A DNA stretch of 64,000 bases from Bacillota bacterium (GTDB taxonomy: Bacteria; Bacillota; Clostridia; Oscillospirales; SIG627). Positions 28,326 through 36,897 of this stretch are shown one piece after another. The stretch is taken from positions 13,822 to 77,821 of the forward strand of contig JAQXGK010000073.1 in assembly GCA_029006345.1 (NCBI GenBank), read 5' to 3'. Positions within the stretch are counted from its first letter, which is position 1. Each line of letters opens with the position of its first letter. The notes under the pieces are model-generated. The model saw nothing but the letters and a program-made list of their open reading frames with translations. It was not told the origin of the DNA and made no database searches. Both the position numbers and the translations under genes were made by a program.

Positions 28326-29963
28326 ATGAAAACTGCCAGAAGGCTCCTGACAATGCTTATATTGACGGTCGTCCTGGTCTCGGCACTTCCCGTTTGCTCT
28401 TTTGCCACCGAGGAACCGACGCTGAATGCAAAGTACGCTCTTCTTTACAATATAGAATACAACACCATTGTTTACGAGAAGAGTATCGACACGGAAATAT
28501 ACCCCGCCTCGTTTGCAAAGATAATGACTGCCATTCTCGCCTATGAGTATAAGGCCGAGCACCCGGACGTCACCGATATAACCGTAAAAGAAAGCGTCAT
28601 ATCGGCCGCAGGCGGCGCCGGGCTGGGGCTTAGGGACGGCGAAGTCATTTCCTTCGACGACGCCCTTGCGGCGGTAGTAGTCGGCGGCGCGAACGACGCG
28701 GCTCTCGTAATAGCCGACCTTGTGGGCGGAAACGGAGACGGCTTTGTATCAATGATGAACGAAAAGGCAAAGGAGCTGGGCTGCGAAAACACATATTTCG
28801 CCAATCCCACCGGACTTCATTCCCCTCTCATGAAGACCACCCTGCGGGATGTTCTCAAGATTTGTCTCGAGGCATACAGTATAAACGATTTCATGGTCAT
28901 GTCGAGCAACTATTCCTACACCGTTGCCGCCACCAATATGTCCGATGCCCGCGAGATAACTTCAAAAAACTACCTTTTGAATGAAAAGTCGAAGCAGGGC
29001 TATTATTACGCGGAGGCAAAGGGCATGAATGCCGGCTCGACGCCCGAGGCGGGCTACTGCCTTGCGTCGGTACACAGCTCCGGCGGTCTGACGGCCCTCG
29101 CCATAGTCAGCGGCGCGGAGCTTGTCGAAAACCGCTACCGTTCCTGCACAGACGTTGCAACGCTGTTCGACAGCTTCAGCTCAAACTATAAGCTCAAGAG
29201 CGTCCTTGAAAAAGGCAGGCTTATTTGTGAGATACCGATTAGTCTCAGCTCGAATATCGATCACCTCATCCTTGTTTCGGGCGACGCCGTTCCGTTTATC
29301 GTTTCGAGCGACTACAGGGACGAGGATATGAGCTTTGACTATACACTGTCTCAAAAAGAAGCCAGCGCTCCGGTATCTCAGGGAGACGTTTTCGGCGAAA
29401 TACAGGTTTATTACAAGGGCGAAATAATCGGCACCTGCGACCTTGTGGCGCAGTCAAGCGTGGAACGCAGCACCTGGCTTCTGATAGTAAGCTATATCAA
29501 GGCTTTCTTCTCTCTCACCATTGTAAAAATCGTATTGTTCTCTCTGATAGCCATACTGATAATTTCAGTTATTCTCATGCTTGCCGTCTCTTTCCGCTCC
29601 TCCCGCCGCAAGCAATCGGCAATCAATGAGCTCGAACGAGAGTATTTCGAAACTCAGAAAATCAAGAATAAAGAATACGACGAGTTCAGACGGGCAAGGC
29701 GAAGATCGATATTTCATTCGCTTGTAAATCAAAATGCACAGCAAAAGAAAAAGCCTGTCCCGCGGCGTCGTCCCCCTCAGCGCAAAGCGCAGGACGGCAC
29801 CGGCAGACAGCAACAAACGCGCGTTCATGAGCACACAGTTCAACCGTCAGACTCCACGCCGAAGCAAAACCCTCGTTCTCGGCGCGGCACGGCTGAGACT
29901 CGGCCCGAAAAAAGCAAGCAGCGCGGCGACTCTCATTTTGAGAGCACCGACCGCCGCAGATGA
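28326..29963 (+). CDS. Serine-type D-Ala-D-Ala carboxypeptidase (PBP5/DacB-like) with TM anchor and long basic tail
   Basis: Signal peptide, SxxK motif (PASFAKIMTA), and S11 family patterns (GGANDAA, FANPTGLH). A C-terminal hydrophobic segment is followed by a 122-aa Arg/Lys/Gln-rich tail. Confidence 0.85.
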   Translation: MKTARRLLTMLILTVVLVSALPVCSFATEEPTLNAKYALLYNIEYNTIVYEKSIDTEIYPASFAKIMTAILAYEYKAEHPDVTDITVKESVISAAGGAGLGLRDGEVISFDDALAAVVVGGANDAALVIADLVGGNGDGFVSMMNEKAKELGCENTYFANPTGLHSPLMKTTLRDVLKICLEAYSINDFMVMSSNYSYTVAATNMSDAREITSKNYLLNEKSKQGYYYAEAKGMNAGSTPEAGYCLASVHSSGGLTALAIVSGAELVENRYRSCTDVATLFDSFSSNYKLKSVLEKGRLICEIPISLSSNIDHLILVSGDAVPFIVSSDYRDEDMSFDYTLSQKEASAPVSQGDVFGEIQVYYKGEIIGTCDLVAQSSVERSTWLLIVSYIKAFFSLTIVKIVLFSLIAILIISVILMLAVSFRSSRRKQSAINELEREYFETQKIKNKEYDEFRRARRRSIFHSLVNQNAQQKKKPVPRRRPPQRKAQDGTGRQQQTRVHEHTVQPSDSTPKQNPRSRRGTAETRPEKSKQRGDSHFESTDRRR

Positions 29964-29985
29964 TGTGAACTATTAATACCCTCCG

Positions 29986-30018
29986 GCGCCTGTCCCCTCC
30001 GACAGGCGCTTATTTTTT
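29986..30018 (+). terminator. Rho-independent terminator
   Basis: 9-bp stem GCGCCTGTC (29986-29994) / GACAGGCGC (30001-30009), followed by TTATTTTTT. Confidence 0.7.
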
Positions 30019-30048
30019 GTGCCTGCAAAACAATCGTCGATTTATCCA

Positions 30049-30077
30049 TAGACATTGAAAAATTTTAGTGGTACAAT
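30049..30077 (+). promoter_or_regulatory. Putative promoter of the GT2-aminotransferase-rfbA-rfbB operon
   Basis: TAGACA (30049-30054), a 17-nt spacer, then extended -10 TGgTACAAT (30069-30077). Confidence 0.45.
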
Positions 30078-30134
30078 GTCTTTAATTACATATTTCGGGA
30101 TAGTTGCAATCTCTTTCCGTACTTCGGAGGTAAA

Positions 30135-31070
30135 ATGAACCAATCAATCAAGGTCAGCATTCTCTGCGCGGCATACAATCAGGAAAACTATATCGGACAG
30201 GCACTCGACGGCTTTGTAATGCAAAAATGCGGTTTTCCCTTTGAGGCGCTTGTTCACGACGATGTATCCACCGACTCCACCGCAAGCATCATTCGCGAGT
30301 ACGAAGCAAAACACCCCGATATTATCCGCGGTATTTACGAGAAAGAGAATCTGTACTCCCGGGGCAAGCATATGATCCGCGAAATACTCAAGTACGCCAA
30401 GGGTGAATATATAGCCATCTGCGAAGGAGACGACTACTGGACGGATGAAAACAAGCTTAGACTTCAGGTCGAATATCTCGACAGTCATCCGGATTGCAGC
30501 ATCTGCTGTCACGCCTTTGCTCAGCTGGATTCGCAGACCGGCAAAGTTACTCACGCCCGCATACTCGACGGCGACGGAGATATATCCTTTGAGCGCGTCC
30601 TGAGCAATAAAAATACCCCGCATACAGCCACACTGCTCGTAAGGCGCAAGCTTATGGAACAACAACCCGAATTTTTCGATATAGATGTGACCGGCGACTA
30701 TCCGCTCAAGCTGTGGATGACGCTCAACGGCAGATTTCACTACATCGACCGGGAAATGTCCTGCTACCGTGTGATGTCGGTCGGCTCGTGGAGCTCAAAG
30801 CTCGAAAAGGACAGGCAGAGAAGGGCGTCGAGACTCGAGCGAAGGATACGCTTTCTTACAGAGCTTGACAGCTTTACAAACGGCAGATATTCCGATGAGA
30901 TAAATAATCAGCTCGACAGCTTTTGCTTCAAGGAAAACTATCTGTTGGGCAAGTATAAAGAGGCCCGCAGAAGCCCCTTGTTCAAACAGCAAAGCGCCGC
31001 AAAAAAAGCCTTCATACTGTTTGGCTCTGTTTTTCCCGGACTCGCGCTGAAGCTTCATGACAAAAGATAA
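30135..31070 (+). CDS. Glycosyltransferase family 2
   Basis: N-terminal GT-A pattern VSILCAAYNQENYIGQALDG...HDDVSTDST and a DxD-like motif EGDDYW. No TM segment is evident. Confidence 0.8.
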   Translation: MNQSIKVSILCAAYNQENYIGQALDGFVMQKCGFPFEALVHDDVSTDSTASIIREYEAKHPDIIRGIYEKENLYSRGKHMIREILKYAKGEYIAICEGDDYWTDENKLRLQVEYLDSHPDCSICCHAFAQLDSQTGKVTHARILDGDGDISFERVLSNKNTPHTATLLVRRKLMEQQPEFFDIDVTGDYPLKLWMTLNGRFHYIDREMSCYRVMSVGSWSSKLEKDRQRRASRLERRIRFLTELDSFTNGRYSDEINNQLDSFCFKENYLLGKYKEARRSPLFKQQSAAKKAFILFGSVFPGLALKLHDKR

Positions 31071-31087
31071 GATACGGAGCTTAAAAA

Positions 31088-32182
31088 ATGAATCAAAACG
31101 ATATAAAAATCAACGTTGTGCGCTCCTCGATGGCGCCGTTTGACGAATACACGGCGGAAATACGCGAGCTGTGGGATTCGCACTGGCTGACAAACAACGG
31201 CATCAAGCACCGCACGCTTACCGAAAATCTGAAAAAATACCTGTCGGCCGATAACCTTACGCTGTTTGTAAACGGCCATCTCGCACTTGAAACGCTCATC
31301 GCCGCATTCGGCTTGACCGGAGAGGTTATCACCACCCCCTTTACTTTCGTATCCACCACAAACGCCGTCACGAGAAACGGACTCAAGCCTGTTTTCTGCG
31401 ACATACGCGAGGATAACTATACCATAGACGCCGACAAGATAGAGCCGCTTATCACCGAAAAAACCTCGGCGATAATACCGGTTCATGTCTACGGCAACAT
31501 CTGCGATACCGAAAAGATTGACCGTATAGCTAAAAAATACGGCCTGAGGGTCATATATGATGCCGCCCACGCCTTCGGCGTATCCGTCGGCGGCATAAAC
31601 GCCGCGAATCTCGGGGACGCCTCCATGTACAGCTTTCACGCCACAAAGGTGTTCAACACCATTGAGGGCGGCTGCGCGACCTACCGCGATCCCGGTCTTG
31701 CACCCAGGCTCGACTGTATGAAGAATTTCGGAGTCGACAGTCCCGAAAACATCGTATATGCAGGCGGCAACGCCAAAATGAACGAATTTGCCGCCGCAAT
31801 GGGCATCTGCAATCTGCGGCATGTCGACGGCGAAATAGAAAAGCGCAGACTCGTTGACGAGCGCTACAGAAACAATCTTTCCGGCAAAGACGGTATTAAG
31901 CTCAATCCGGTGTGTGCCGACGTTAAGCGCAATTTTGCGTATTTTCCGGTCGTATTCGACGGCGCGTACAACCGCGACGATATCGCCGACCGCCTTGCCG
32001 CAAACGGAATCTTTGCCCGCAAATACTTTTATCCCCTGACAAACAACAACACCTGCTACGGCTTTGAGGGAGACCGTACTCCCGTTGCCGAGAGCATTTC
32101 GGAAAAAGTACTTTGCCTTCCCATGTACGCCGACCTTTCAGCCGACGATGTTGACAGGATTTGCAAAATAATACTCAGTTAA
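31088..32182 (+). CDS. DegT/DnrJ/EryC1/StrS-family PLP aminotransferase (NDP-keto-sugar aminotransferase)
   Basis: PLP-lysine context SFHATKVFNTIEGG, family-typical PVHVYG and DAAHAFG; 364 aa. Confidence 0.85.
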   Translation: MNQNDIKINVVRSSMAPFDEYTAEIRELWDSHWLTNNGIKHRTLTENLKKYLSADNLTLFVNGHLALETLIAAFGLTGEVITTPFTFVSTTNAVTRNGLKPVFCDIREDNYTIDADKIEPLITEKTSAIIPVHVYGNICDTEKIDRIAKKYGLRVIYDAAHAFGVSVGGINAANLGDASMYSFHATKVFNTIEGGCATYRDPGLAPRLDCMKNFGVDSPENIVYAGGNAKMNEFAAAMGICNLRHVDGEIEKRRLVDERYRNNLSGKDGIKLNPVCADVKRNFAYFPVVFDGAYNRDDIADRLAANGIFARKYFYPLTNNNTCYGFEGDRTPVAESISEKVLCLPMYADLSADDVDRICKIILS

Positions 32183-32194
32183 GGAGAACCGATT

Positions 32195-33070
32195 ATGAAA
32201 GGTATAATTCTTGCCGGCGGTAAAGGAACACGTCTTTACCCGATGACAAAAGCAGTTTCAAAGCAACTGCTGCCCATTTATGACAAGCCTCTCATTTACT
32301 ATCCCCTTTCCGTTTTATTGCTTGCCGGAATCCGCGAGATCCTTATCATCAGCACACCCGAGGATACACCGGTATATAAAAAACTGATGGGCGACGGAAA
32401 AAATATCGGCATCAGTATTTCCTACGCTGTTCAGACGAAGCCCCGCGGACTGGCCGACGCATTTATTCTCGGCGCGGATTTTATCGGAAACGACAGCGTC
32501 TGCCTCATTCTCGGCGATAATGTTTTCTACGGCCCCAATCTCACGCGCACTCTGCAAAATGCAATGTCCCGCGAGCGCGGAGCGACAATTTTCGGCTACT
32601 ATGTAAAGGACGCCCGCTCCTTCGGCGTCGTTGAATTCGATAAAGACCACAAGGTGGTTTCGATAGAGGAAAAGCCCGAGCACCCGAAGTCAAATTACGC
32701 AGTTCCCGGACTGTATTTCTACGATAACCGCGTTGTGGAAATCGCCCGAAATGTCAAGCCGTCTGCCCGCGGAGAAATCGAGATAACCTCGGTAAATAAC
32801 GCCTATCTCGAAATGGGCGAGCTTTCTGTCGAGCTTCTCGGCAGAGGAATGGCCTGGCTGGACACCGGCACTCCCGAGGGCATGCTCAAGGCGGCGGAAT
32901 ATGTTGAGGCCATCCAGTCGCGGCAGGGCTTCTATATTTCCTGCATAGAGGAAATAGCCTGGCGCAGAGGCTTCATTGATACCGCACAGCTTGAGCAAAT
33001 CGGCGAAAGCCTGAAAATGACCGACTACGGCCAGTATCTCTTATCCATAGCAAAAGAAGACCGAAAATAA
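32195..33070 (+). CDS. rfbA: Glucose-1-phosphate thymidylyltransferase
   Basis: [36 protein letters not shown] and LGDNVFYG are canonical RmlA motifs. Confidence 0.95.
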   Translation: MKGIILAGGKGTRLYPMTKAVSKQLLPIYDKPLIYYPLSVLLLAGIREILIISTPEDTPVYKKLMGDGKNIGISISYAVQTKPRGLADAFILGADFIGNDSVCLILGDNVFYGPNLTRTLQNAMSRERGATIFGYYVKDARSFGVVEFDKDHKVVSIEEKPEHPKSNYAVPGLYFYDNRVVEIARNVKPSARGEIEITSVNNAYLEMGELSVELLGRGMAWLDTGTPEGMLKAAEYVEAIQSRQGFYISCIEEIAWRRGFIDTAQLEQIGESLKMTDYGQYLLSIAKEDRK

Positions 33071-33096
33071 GCAAATCAAGAAAGGATTTGTCGTAT

Positions 33097-34146
33097 ATGA
33101 AAACCGTACTTGTGACCGGCGGCGCCGGATTTATCGGAAGCAACTTCATTCATCTGATGCTCAAAAAACACCCCGATTACAAAATAATAAACGTTGACGC
33201 CCTTACATACGCGGGCAATCTTGAAAATCTGAAATCCGTCGAAAACAACCCCAACTACACCTTTATCAAGGCGGATATCCGCGATGCCGGGACAATAGGC
33301 GCGATATTTGACAAATATCCCATAGATACCGTCGTCAATTTTGCGGCGGAAAGTCACGTCGACCGCTCGATAACCGACCCGCAGATATTTCTCACCACCA
33401 ACATTCTCGGAACCCAGGTTCTGCTGGACGCCGCAAAGGCACACTGGAAGCTTGCCCCCGACGATAAATACAGCCGCGACTACAAGGACGGCGTGCGCTT
33501 TCATCAGGTTTCGACCGACGAAGTCTACGGCGCGCTGGGTAAAACCGGTATGTTCGTGGAAACAATGCCGCTTTCGCCCAACAGCCCCTATTCTTCTTCA
33601 AAGGCGAGCGCAGACCTCATTGTGCGCGCTTATCACGAAACCTTCGGTCTGCCTGTTTCGACCACTCGCTGTTCAAACAACTACGGCCCGTATCAGTTTC
33701 CCGAAAAGCTCATACCGCTTATGATAAACAACTGCCTCACCGACAAAGCTCTGCCGGTGTACGGCGACGGTATGCAGATTCGCGACTGGCTCCATGTTGA
33801 GGACCACTGCGAAGCCATCGACACCGTTATACACAAGGGCAAGGTCGGAGAAGTATATAACGTCGGCGGAAACAACGAAAAAGCAAATATCGAGATAGTC
33901 AGACTGATAATCTCCACCATCGGCAAATCCGAGGATCTGATAAAATATGTCAAGGACCGTCCGGGACACGACCGCCGCTACGCCATAGACAACACAAAGA
34001 TCACCACACAGCTCGGCTGGAAGCCAAAGTACACCTTCGAGCAAGGTATGAAGGAAACCATCGCGTGGTATCTTGACAACCGCAAGTGGGTTGATAACAT
34101 TGTGTCCGGCTCGTATCAGAAGTACTATGCCGAGATGTATAAATAG
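33097..34146 (+). CDS. rfbB: dTDP-glucose 4,6-dehydratase
   Basis: VTGGAGFIGSNF, the YSSSKASAD catalytic YxxxK and NNYGPYQFPEKLIP. The ATG at 33097 (AAAGGA 10 nt upstream) is preferred over the ORF-track TTG at 33088. Confidence 0.95.
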   Translation: MKTVLVTGGAGFIGSNFIHLMLKKHPDYKIINVDALTYAGNLENLKSVENNPNYTFIKADIRDAGTIGAIFDKYPIDTVVNFAAESHVDRSITDPQIFLTTNILGTQVLLDAAKAHWKLAPDDKYSRDYKDGVRFHQVSTDEVYGALGKTGMFVETMPLSPNSPYSSSKASADLIVRAYHETFGLPVSTTRCSNNYGPYQFPEKLIPLMINNCLTDKALPVYGDGMQIRDWLHVEDHCEAIDTVIHKGKVGEVYNVGGNNEKANIEIVRLIISTIGKSEDLIKYVKDRPGHDRRYAIDNTKITTQLGWKPKYTFEQGMKETIAWYLDNRKWVDNIVSGSYQKYYAEMYK

Positions 34147-34260
34147 AAGTAAATCCAAAAATAAATCAGCAAGGAGTAGAGCGGGATTCTTTAGGGCGGT
34201 TATCTAAAACCGAATAAGAATCCGGCACACAGATTCCCTGCTTGAACGTTATAAGACAAA

Positions 34261-34308
34261 ACTACCCGAAGAAGAGAAAACAACCTCTTTTTCGGGTAGT
34301 ATTTTTTA
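34261..34308 (+). terminator. Rho-independent terminator downstream of rfbB
   Basis: 16-bp stem ACTACCCGAAGAAGAG (34261-34276) / CTCTTTTTCGGGTAGT (34285-34300) with one mismatch, followed by ATTTTTT. It lies 115 nt after the rfbB stop. Confidence 0.7.
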
Positions 34309-34396
34309 TGCAGTGATATTCTTTGCTGTGCAAAGAGTGACGATATTGAAACCTGCGGTTTCATGATGATTTATTCGGCCTCAAAACTGCCGAAGA

Positions 34397-34463
34397 CAAT
34401 ATAACTTGCCGCAGGGCAAATATAACTCTTTAGCAATATAACTTGCCGTAAGGCGAATAATAC
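34397..34463. repeat. Two tandem copies of a 30-nt hairpin-containing motif (37-nt period)
   Basis: The copies are CAATATAACTTGCCGCAGGGCAAATATAAC (34397-34426) and CAATATAACTTGCCGTAAGGCGAATAATAC (34434-34463), matching at 25/30 positions. Each can form a short TTGCC/GGC(A/G)A stem with a tetraloop (GCAG, GTAA). Confidence 0.5.
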
Positions 34464-34558
34464 CGGCCGTGTATCCTCACGGGTACTTGGCCTGTCGTCC
34501 TGCTGTTTTTCTTTGCCGGCGTCTAGCTTTTCCGTGTCAAACCGTCCTCACGGTCGCT

Positions 34559-35404
34559 TTATAAATAAAGCTTTAAGGTGTCTTCTATCCAATAGGAATA
34601 ACGTATTCCCGGCTTTTCCAGCTCCTTCAGCCGCCTGTATGCCGCCACTCCGTCTGTCGGGTCGTGCCATATGTCTGCAAATACAAAATCACAGTCGGAG
34701 TTTTCCGCCGCATATTCAAAAGCGTCCGCCCGCACGATTTTTATCTTGTCGCGGCGGGTAAACTGCGGCAGAATCTCGCTTTCAAAAAGCCGTATGGCTT
34801 TTTCGTCGCATTCGACCGCCGTGACGGAGCTCACCTCTGTCTTTTGGGAGCACATAAATGCAAAATATCCCAGCCCCAGACCGTAAGTAACCACACGCCC
34901 GAAGGCTTCTGAAATCGGGCGGCGCATTGTTTCTATCTCGTTGGGAGTGATCATCATCCATTCGCGGGAGTCCTGATATATGCACGGATATTCAAACTCT
35001 CTGTCAAAAAAACCTATCTGCGGCAGTATTCTTCCGTCGGTGCAGACCTTCGGGTCGTTATATACAAACGCCTCATAGGGCTTTATCCGCACTTTGTCGA
35101 TGCGCCAGTTCCCGAGAGTTTTCGGCTTGAGCGATATTTCGGAGTAATATCTGTCGCTCTCATATTGGGCAGCGTCCAGCAGTCTGAACATATGCCGCAA
35201 ATAGCCGTCTCTCATTTCCCTGTCATCATACAGTCCGAGCGCGCCGGATATCAGCGTACGAAACGCTTCCTCCCTGCCGAAGCCGCAGGATTGTGCTGTT
35301 TCGGAAACCATTTCGCAGCTGACAAAGTCGGGACAGTTGTTGAGGTATTCGGCAAGACGCGAAAAAATCAGCGTATTGCATTCTTTTATCTTTTGTGATG
35401 TCAT
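34559..35404 (-). CDS. Class I SAM-dependent methyltransferase / spermidine-synthase-like protein
   Basis: Rossmann-type VVTYGLGLGYFA, an acidic residue after beta-2 (AVECDE) and ADIWHD. The ATG at 35404 is preferred over the ORF-track TTG at 35431. Substrate unknown. Confidence 0.55.
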   Translation of the reverse strand: MTSQKIKECNTLIFSRLAEYLNNCPDFVSCEMVSETAQSCGFGREEAFRTLISGALGLYDDREMRDGYLRHMFRLLDAAQYESDRYYSEISLKPKTLGNWRIDKVRIKPYEAFVYNDPKVCTDGRILPQIGFFDREFEYPCIYQDSREWMMITPNEIETMRRPISEAFGRVVTYGLGLGYFAFMCSQKTEVSSVTAVECDEKAIRLFESEILPQFTRRDKIKIVRADAFEYAAENSDCDFVFADIWHDPTDGVAAYRRLKELEKPGIRYSYWIEDTLKLYL

Positions 35405-35480
35405 AATGCTTCCTGTTTTAGTCCCCTGCAATCCGTCCGAGCCCCGTTAAGGCTTAATGATACAGCCGAAACCCAAAGAA

Positions 35481-36881
35481 TTATTCATCCGTAATCAGCT
35501 TCAGTATCGCCTTTGCATACATTTTAGCGTCGGAAATCAGCTGATCCACGGCGATAAATTCGTCGCTTGCATGAAGCCGGTTGTCACAGCCGGGAAATAC
35601 CGGTCCGAATGCCACCCCTCCGGGCGAATGATGAACATATGTCGCTCCCCCGAGCGCACGGCAATATGCCTTCTGACCGGTTTCGTTCTGATATACCTCC
35701 TTGAGCACGCTGACAAGCCGACCCTCTTCGGGGACGTAATGCGGCTCGCTTCCCCCGCACTCGCCCAGCTTGAGAATCCCGCCTTCAAGCCGCCTCTTCA
35801 GTCTTGCCTCAAGTCCGTCAAGGCTTTCGCACACGGGAAATCTGACATCCGCTTTTGCACATACATTTCCGTCGTTAATGTTGAGAATACTGAAATTGAC
35901 CGTAAGAGCGCCCGAAATCCGGTCGGATGCGTCTATCCCCGCGCTTTCACCGGAAAATTCACCGTGCGGGAACAGCCTTGCAAGCTCTCGGACAATGCCA
36001 AGGGAGCCGTCCTCCCCTTCAAGCCCTGCTAAAAGAGAAACAAGCGCGGTCAGGGCGTTTTTCCCCAGCTCGGGAGTAGAAGCGTGCGCCGTCTCTCCCT
36101 GCGCCCTGACGCTCACCCTGTCGCCCTCCGCCTCGACCGAGAATACAATTTCACTGTCATCCCGTGCGATCAGCTCTTCAATACGCTCGGGCGAAACACC
36201 GCGCAGTACCGCCTCCGCTCTCGACGGCACCATATTGATAATGTCGCCGCCGCTAAGCCGCTCGACAGCGGATTTGCGGCTGTCGAAGCCGCCCTCAAGC
36301 GTACAGCGAAAAAGACCCTTCTCGATATTTACTATCGGGTAATCGGCGTCAGGAGAAAACAGCATGTCCGGCACTACGCCCTTGCTTTCGCAGTAGCGCA
36401 TATCGCTCGAGCCGTTTTCTTCGTTTGTACCGAGAATAACTCTCGCGCCCGTCGCGGGCTCAATTCCGCAGGACTTAACGGCAGCCAGTGCATACAGAGC
36501 GCAGACCGCCGGCCCTTTATCGTCTATCGCTCCCCTGCCGTAAAATATTCCGTCCTCTATTTCTCCGGCAAAGGGATCGTGCTTCCAGCCGTCTCCGGCA
36601 GGCACAACGTCAATATGGCACAGAACTCCGAGCCCCGTCTCTCCCGACTGTCCGCTGACATCAAAAATTCCTGCGTAATTGTCGAGATTTCTGCATTTAA
36701 GCCCGAGCTTTTCGCCGATAGACAGCGCCTCGTCAAGCGCACGGGCCACATTTATTCCAAACGGATAATCCCCCTCGCTCTGTGCCGCAACAGACGGTAT
36801 CGCAACAAGCCGTCTCAGATCCGATACCATTTCGTCCCGGTGCGAATCTATGAATTTGTCAATCGCTTTTACGCAATCCAT
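35481..36881 (-). CDS. pepV: M20-family dipeptidase, PepV/Sapep-like
   Basis: HIDVVPAGDGW, GRGAIDDKGP and TNEENGS are metal ligand contexts of the M20 family; 466 aa. AAGAGG lies 9 nt upstream. Confidence 0.85.
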   Translation of the reverse strand: MDCVKAIDKFIDSHRDEMVSDLRRLVAIPSVAAQSEGDYPFGINVARALDEALSIGEKLGLKCRNLDNYAGIFDVSGQSGETGLGVLCHIDVVPAGDGWKHDPFAGEIEDGIFYGRGAIDDKGPAVCALYALAAVKSCGIEPATGARVILGTNEENGSSDMRYCESKGVVPDMLFSPDADYPIVNIEKGLFRCTLEGGFDSRKSAVERLSGGDIINMVPSRAEAVLRGVSPERIEELIARDDSEIVFSVEAEGDRVSVRAQGETAHASTPELGKNALTALVSLLAGLEGEDGSLGIVRELARLFPHGEFSGESAGIDASDRISGALTVNFSILNINDGNVCAKADVRFPVCESLDGLEARLKRRLEGGILKLGECGGSEPHYVPEEGRLVSVLKEVYQNETGQKAYCRALGGATYVHHSPGGVAFGPVFPGCDNRLHASDEFIAVDQLISDAKMYAKAILKLITDE

Positions 36882-36897
36882 TCTTTATGACCTCTTT

